A DNA stretch of 64,000 bases from assembly GCA_002269645.1 (NCBI GenBank), contig NIVC01002987.1, positions 1 to 64,000 of the forward strand, read 5' to 3'. The stretch is from Macrostomum lignano. Lineage: Eukaryota. Below are positions 59,106 to 64,000 of this stretch, in pieces (position 1 is the stretch's first letter; every line of letters begins with the position of its first letter). Under the pieces are notes generated by a model, which was not told the origin of the DNA, did not search any database, and saw only the letters and a program-made list of their open reading frames with translations. A program made the translations under genes and the position numbers.

Positions 59106-60442
59106 TACTACAGCAGATCTTTGCATTACATGTATAACACATTAATATACCAAAGGACCACTGTATATATCCTGGTCCTTGATTAAAACCTCATTAAAAA
59201 TATTGGCTGCGCTATGCATTGCGTGATCCTCTTATTACTTTGAATAAACGGTACAAACAGCAGTACCGTATACTGAGATTTTCGATTAAACTAAAGACAT
59301 ATTTGGGCTTATGAAAATTAAACTCAGTACACACAGACTCTATATAATAAAACATAAAGTGGGGTGAAAATGCAATCAATTGTTCGAATCGTATATTGCT
59401 TTCAAATTTAGAAAACGGAACCCAATGTTTAAATCCTATAAAGAGTCTGCATGGCCCATTGCCAACAACAATATGCTATAATTTCTGACTGAGAAACTCG
59501 ACTGAGAGCTGGTTATGCAAAATTATGCAAGTTAATGGAACGCCTGCAGAGACACGCTTGTCTTAGAATATCTGAGAAAGATACGAGTACTAAAACTATA
59601 GACTATTGCAAAGAACAATTGATGCATTGTCATCAGAAGAGCACTTTGCTAAGATTCTTCGCCATCAGTAATAAGTAGTTTTGTATGAGAAAACTTCGTA
59701 CGCACGCACCCAAGTTCAAGCGAACTATTTGATATAACAGAGCAGCTAGGCTATGAAAAGTTTGCTCTTGCTCTCAACTAGGGGAGCGTACTTGCGAATC
59801 TCGGCGACAGGCACTTTCATGCAATGCCTCTTTGGTAACCCCCAATACGCCCTCCTCAGGGGGCCTGCTCAAGTATAGTCCGTTGGTTTCTTAGACTCAG
59901 ATATTACTTACTCACCGCCCGCTATCTGCTGTGCATGGCCTGCCTAATGTACAGCGAATGAAGGTTGGTGAGAAATTCTGGATATTTCTGTACAGCCCCA
60001 GCCTGTACTCCGGCCCTCTCTACCCCTCTGTTGTGTGGCCGGTTGCCTAGAGCAAGGGCGACCCCCCCCTCCCAACGCATTCCATTCAAGCTCTAGCTTA
60101 TTAATTGAGATGCTCCCCACAAACTCCGCTTACTCACTGCGCATCCCTACTCCTTCCTAACCATTCCTCCTTTTCTATCCCTTGTGTCAAAATCAGTTCC
60201 CTTTCCCCCATCTTCTCGATCTTGAGTCTCTCCTTCCAATTCCTCAATTATTAAGATAGAAAGCCTTTTTATATATATCAAGCAGAAGGCGACCGTGAGT
60301 GACTTTTTAATTCGTGACTGCAACCGAGATTTTATAATTTAACAGAAAGAAACGTTCGCAAAGAAACCACAACAGAAACGGACATCAAAACTAAAAGCAA
60401 TCGCGGTATCCGAATTCGCTTGCGCGTCTCAGCAGTCTCAGC

Positions 60443-61792
60443 ATGCCGTACTACAACTGGGTCTACTTTGTCCAGCTGGCAATCGTTGCTGGCGTGATGG
60501 TCATTCTGTTCCTGCTGGTTTTTTCCCACACAATGGCCATCATTTTCGCAAGATCCCACTTCTACAAGAAGGTAGCTTTCGAGCCGGCTGCTGTCGAGGC
60601 CGGCCTGCCCGGCGTGTCCATCATCAAGCCGCTGGTTGGCATAGACAAGAATGTGTACAGCAACCTGGAGACCTACTTCAGGCTGGACTATCCCCGTTAC
60701 GAGCTGCTGTTCTGCCTGGAGAGCGCGGACGATGCCGTCACTATGGTGGTGGACACACTGATGCAAAAGTACCCCAAAGTAGACACCCGGGTATTTACGT
60801 CACCTGTGCGTCACAACGTCAATCCCAAGATCAACAACATGATGCAGGGCTACTCGGCAGCAAAGTACGACCTCGTGATGGTCTCAGACAGCGGCGTTAA
60901 AATGCGACCAGAGGCGCTGATGGACATGGTTTGGTGCATGTCGCAAAAGGATATCGGAATTGTCCACCAGATGCCATTCATTGAGCAGCGACCTGGCTTT
61001 CGCAACTTGGCCCATTCCACGCATTTTGGCTGCACGCATGCCAAGTTTTACATTAGCGCCCACTGTCTGGGGATCAACTGCTGCACAGGAATGTCCTGCC
61101 TGCTGCGCAAGCCCGTCATCGACAAGAAGCCGGGCGGTCTCGCCTACTTCGGCCGCTACCTAGCCGAGGATTTCTTCGTGGCGCAGCACTTCATTGAAAA
61201 CGGTTACAAGATGACGCTGTCGCACTATCCCGCGCTGCAGGACGGCAGTGGAGAAGTTAGAGGTCTGCGTAGGCGTCTGATACGCTGGCTGCAGCTGCGC
61301 GTCGCAATGGTGCCACAGCTGGTGAGTAAATGCGGCGCTCAATGACAGCTAATAACCATCCAGTTTTAGTGTATTGGGATTTCAAAAGTTTACGCAAGTT
61401 CCCTAATAAATACTGCTCTCCAGGTGGTACTCGAGATGCTTGCCGAGTGCCTCGTGTCCGGCGCCATGGGTGCCTGGGCGTTCGCTTTCCTGCTTCCGAG
61501 CCTGGTCAATCCAATTGTGTACTTTCTAACCCACTGCCTGATCTGGTTGCTGGCCGACTATACCCTGCTGTGCAGCTGCCTGGACCCGGCCGAGCCGCTC
61601 ATGTTCAGCCGGCTGGCGTTCATGTTCACGTGGCTATTCTGGATCGGAACCCAGCCGATCACGGTGGTTCGATCGCTCTTCCACTCAGAGATTGTCTGGC
61701 GGGACAAGCGCTTCCGGCTGCAGTGGGGCGGCAACACGGTGGAGCTGCCAGGCCTGCCTGTCAACCTCAGCGCTGCCAAGCAGGCAGTTTGA
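60443..61792 (+). CDS. UGCG: Ceramide glucosyltransferase (glucosylceramide synthase, GT21), 2 exons, 415 aa
   Basis: Exons 60443..61321 (ctg|gtgagt) and 61424..61792 (ctccag|). LPGVSIIKPLVGID, YPRYELLFC, NPKINNMMQGY, YDLVMVSDSG, GIVHQMPF, CCTGMSCLLRK, YLAEDFF, RRLIRW. Confidence 0.96.
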
Positions 61793-62941
61793 CAGCGTCT
61801 GCATGCGTGCGCGGTAGATGATGATAATTACAAGCCAACCTGTCTGCTAGATGACTACGTCGCACAGCTGACGAGGTCCCAGTTTTACCCACACTTGATG
61901 AGATGCGTCCACTTAAATAATAAATTTTATCAGCTGTGCATTTTACCCTTGAACTACGCATGTAGCTGTCTCTCTGAACCAAAAGAACAGCCCCAGCCTG
62001 TGTGTGGTTCATTTAAAAATATTGCGTATTAATTTTAGTCTGTAGAATCTTCCCTACTTAGATTTTAGGCAATGCGCGTTTCATAAGCCACATCCGAACG
62101 CTGAGTTTCAGATTTTACTGGATCTAAAACGAGAATGTTGCACAGATGCGAATTATGAAACGTGCATACCCAGTCCCGATAAACCCGGCTTTTAACATTG
62201 ATTTTTTAACTGATTTCTTCTAGACATTTTCTCAACCACCTGTCACTCACTGTCTGTCAGCTTTGACTGCTTTCAGCTCTGCTTCTAATGTGCCGTACCT
62301 CCTTAATAACTAATCTCCTGCCTACCTATTCAATAATGATTCGATTCATTTTGCGTGCTAAACTTTGAGTTCCCGCACCTGCTAGCTAGTACGAGTATAA
62401 TATAACATTCGAAGGCGTGATTGAATATCACCAGCAATCCCTGTAGTTCCAAAAAGCTACACTGATTTTTAATAAAACCTTTCTTACTGTTTGCGAGCAT
62501 GAGTCAATGCTAAGGTATAACTCGATATTTTTGTCTCTGTAATTTATTTATGTTTTGCCTGGCCAAACAAATTTTCGATTAGTATACAAATTACGAGCTA
62601 AAACAAATGAAATGTCCGGGCCGTTGCTAAACCAGCAAGAGACAGAGTGATTTGCCTGAGAGCAGTTATAAGAGAGCTAATTCAAGCTTGTTGTTTGTCT
62701 CTGTTTCCAGGCAAAGCCCCGACAACGCGAACTCTTAATTAAGCTCTGACTACTCAACCAGATGGCCTAAACCGCGAGGCCACTCGTTCAATAAACTTGT
62801 CTCATTTTGTCCGACGTCAGACGCGTGGCTAAGATAGAAAGAGATCAGGCGCAAAACAATGGTGCTGCAATAGCGTAGATTACAGACCGTTGCCGAGAAA
62901 GGCATTGTGGTCTATTTATTATACGCGTAAATTGTATCAGC

Positions 62942-63438
62942 TCAGGCCGTCGCCCCTATGGCCCCTTGCTCACTTGAGCCACGCCCTATCTTCGTGACGG
63001 GCGGGAGGTGGGCTGCCTGGGTCAAGCTCAATGCAGCGAATGCGGAGAAGAGAGAGAACAGAGTGAGAGCAGAGTTGAAACTGGATGAGTAGGTTGGGTA
63101 GGCAATAGCACTGCTACAGGGCATCCTGCAGGCCTATAAATTGCTGAGCACAATGCAAATGATACAGACAGAATGATGCTGTTGTCATTGGCCAATAACG
63201 CACCTCTCCGTCCCTCATCAGTACTCACACGGACTGCAGGCCGCGAGTGTACAGCATGAGAACAGATGGAGACTGAAGGATAGGATAAAAAACGTCTGCC
63301 GGTGAACCATGGCAACAAGGGAAAGAGGGTGAGAGAGAATTCAGCAAGCCAGCGAGCGGTAGACAATGTTATAACCTTTAAGGCAATGGAACAAAACAGC
63401 AGAACAGCAGCGAATTGAAATAATGAATTCTGAGACAA
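62942..63438 (-). other. Possible claudin/PMP22-like membrane-protein fragment (two overlapping frames, no clear ATG)
   Basis: Hydrophobic FQFAAVLLFCSIALKVITLSTARW, a second hydrophobic stretch IILSVSFALCSAIY, and in another frame YSSSFNSALTLFSLFSAFAALSL. No GLW motif seen; weak. Confidence 0.2.
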
Positions 63439-64000
63439 CCAGCAATTTTATGTGTAATTTGTTCATTCAGGTTTCATTACAACACAAAATTAAGTGCAAA
63501 TTTGCTAATATATTTTAAAGTACAAAGCTGTTTGCAAAAATATGTTCTCCAGCAGGTCAATGATGGCTCATGCATCGAAGTTGTTACTGATTGTGACAGA
63601 CACCAATATCGCGTGTTCCAAACCATGGTTTCACGGCAACAATCGAAAAGTACACAAAAAGCTGTGATTGCTTTTCTTACTAGCCGTACACTTTTCCAGG
63701 TATAGCGATATTACCATGTACCTGTCAAACACGTACACTGACAACTAAAGTACATTTAAAAGTACGCTACACTCGCAAAATCGTGCAAATTTAGGAATGT
63801 TTTAGTTTCTAAAAACAAAGTTTAAATATGCCACCTGAACTCAGAATTGCAAACAAAGGAAGTGTGCAGTGCGTTGTGCATTGCTCACAAGTTTATCAAA
63901 CTTGTTTCAACAGGCTGATTTTCAATTGGAGTTCGGATAGTCCTTGAGTGACATATTGGGGATTCAGTGCTGACAACACTGAAAACTTCCCATCTCGCCA

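Overview
Eukaryotic (animal) genomic DNA with spliceosomal GT-AG introns. GC-rich, poly-Ala/poly-Gln exons and minisatellite-filled introns suggest the flatworm Macrostomum lignano or a relative; this is an inference from sequence style only. Most long ORFs in the track are minisatellite read-throughs. Manual splicing gives about ten genes: class II CPD photolyase (+, one-base frameshift in exon 1), a 7-finger C2H2 protein (+), intronless ABITRAM/FAM206A between two direct MITE copies (+), an orphan membrane protein (-), a Kir channel (-), a synaptotagmin-like TM+C2 protein (+), a DNMT3-family protein (-), a G12/13-like G-alpha (+), a very divergent Rel/NF-kB-family protein (-) and glucosylceramide synthase (+). 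Mobile DNA includes several MITEs, a decayed P-element/THAP9-type transposase, two tRNA-derived SINEs and two LINE fragments. Top candidate for a new system: a 693-aa PWWP-ADD-pseudo-methyltransferase that has lost the catalytic PC and ENV motifs and the motif IX/RD-interface region but keeps both FF-interface phenylalanines, so it looks like a DNMT3L-type cofactor outside mammals. It lies beside sharply bounded CpG-depleted blocks. Other highlights are a 7-exon Rel homologue with no recognisable DNA-recognition loop and a G-alpha whose catalytic switch-II Gln is replaced by His.
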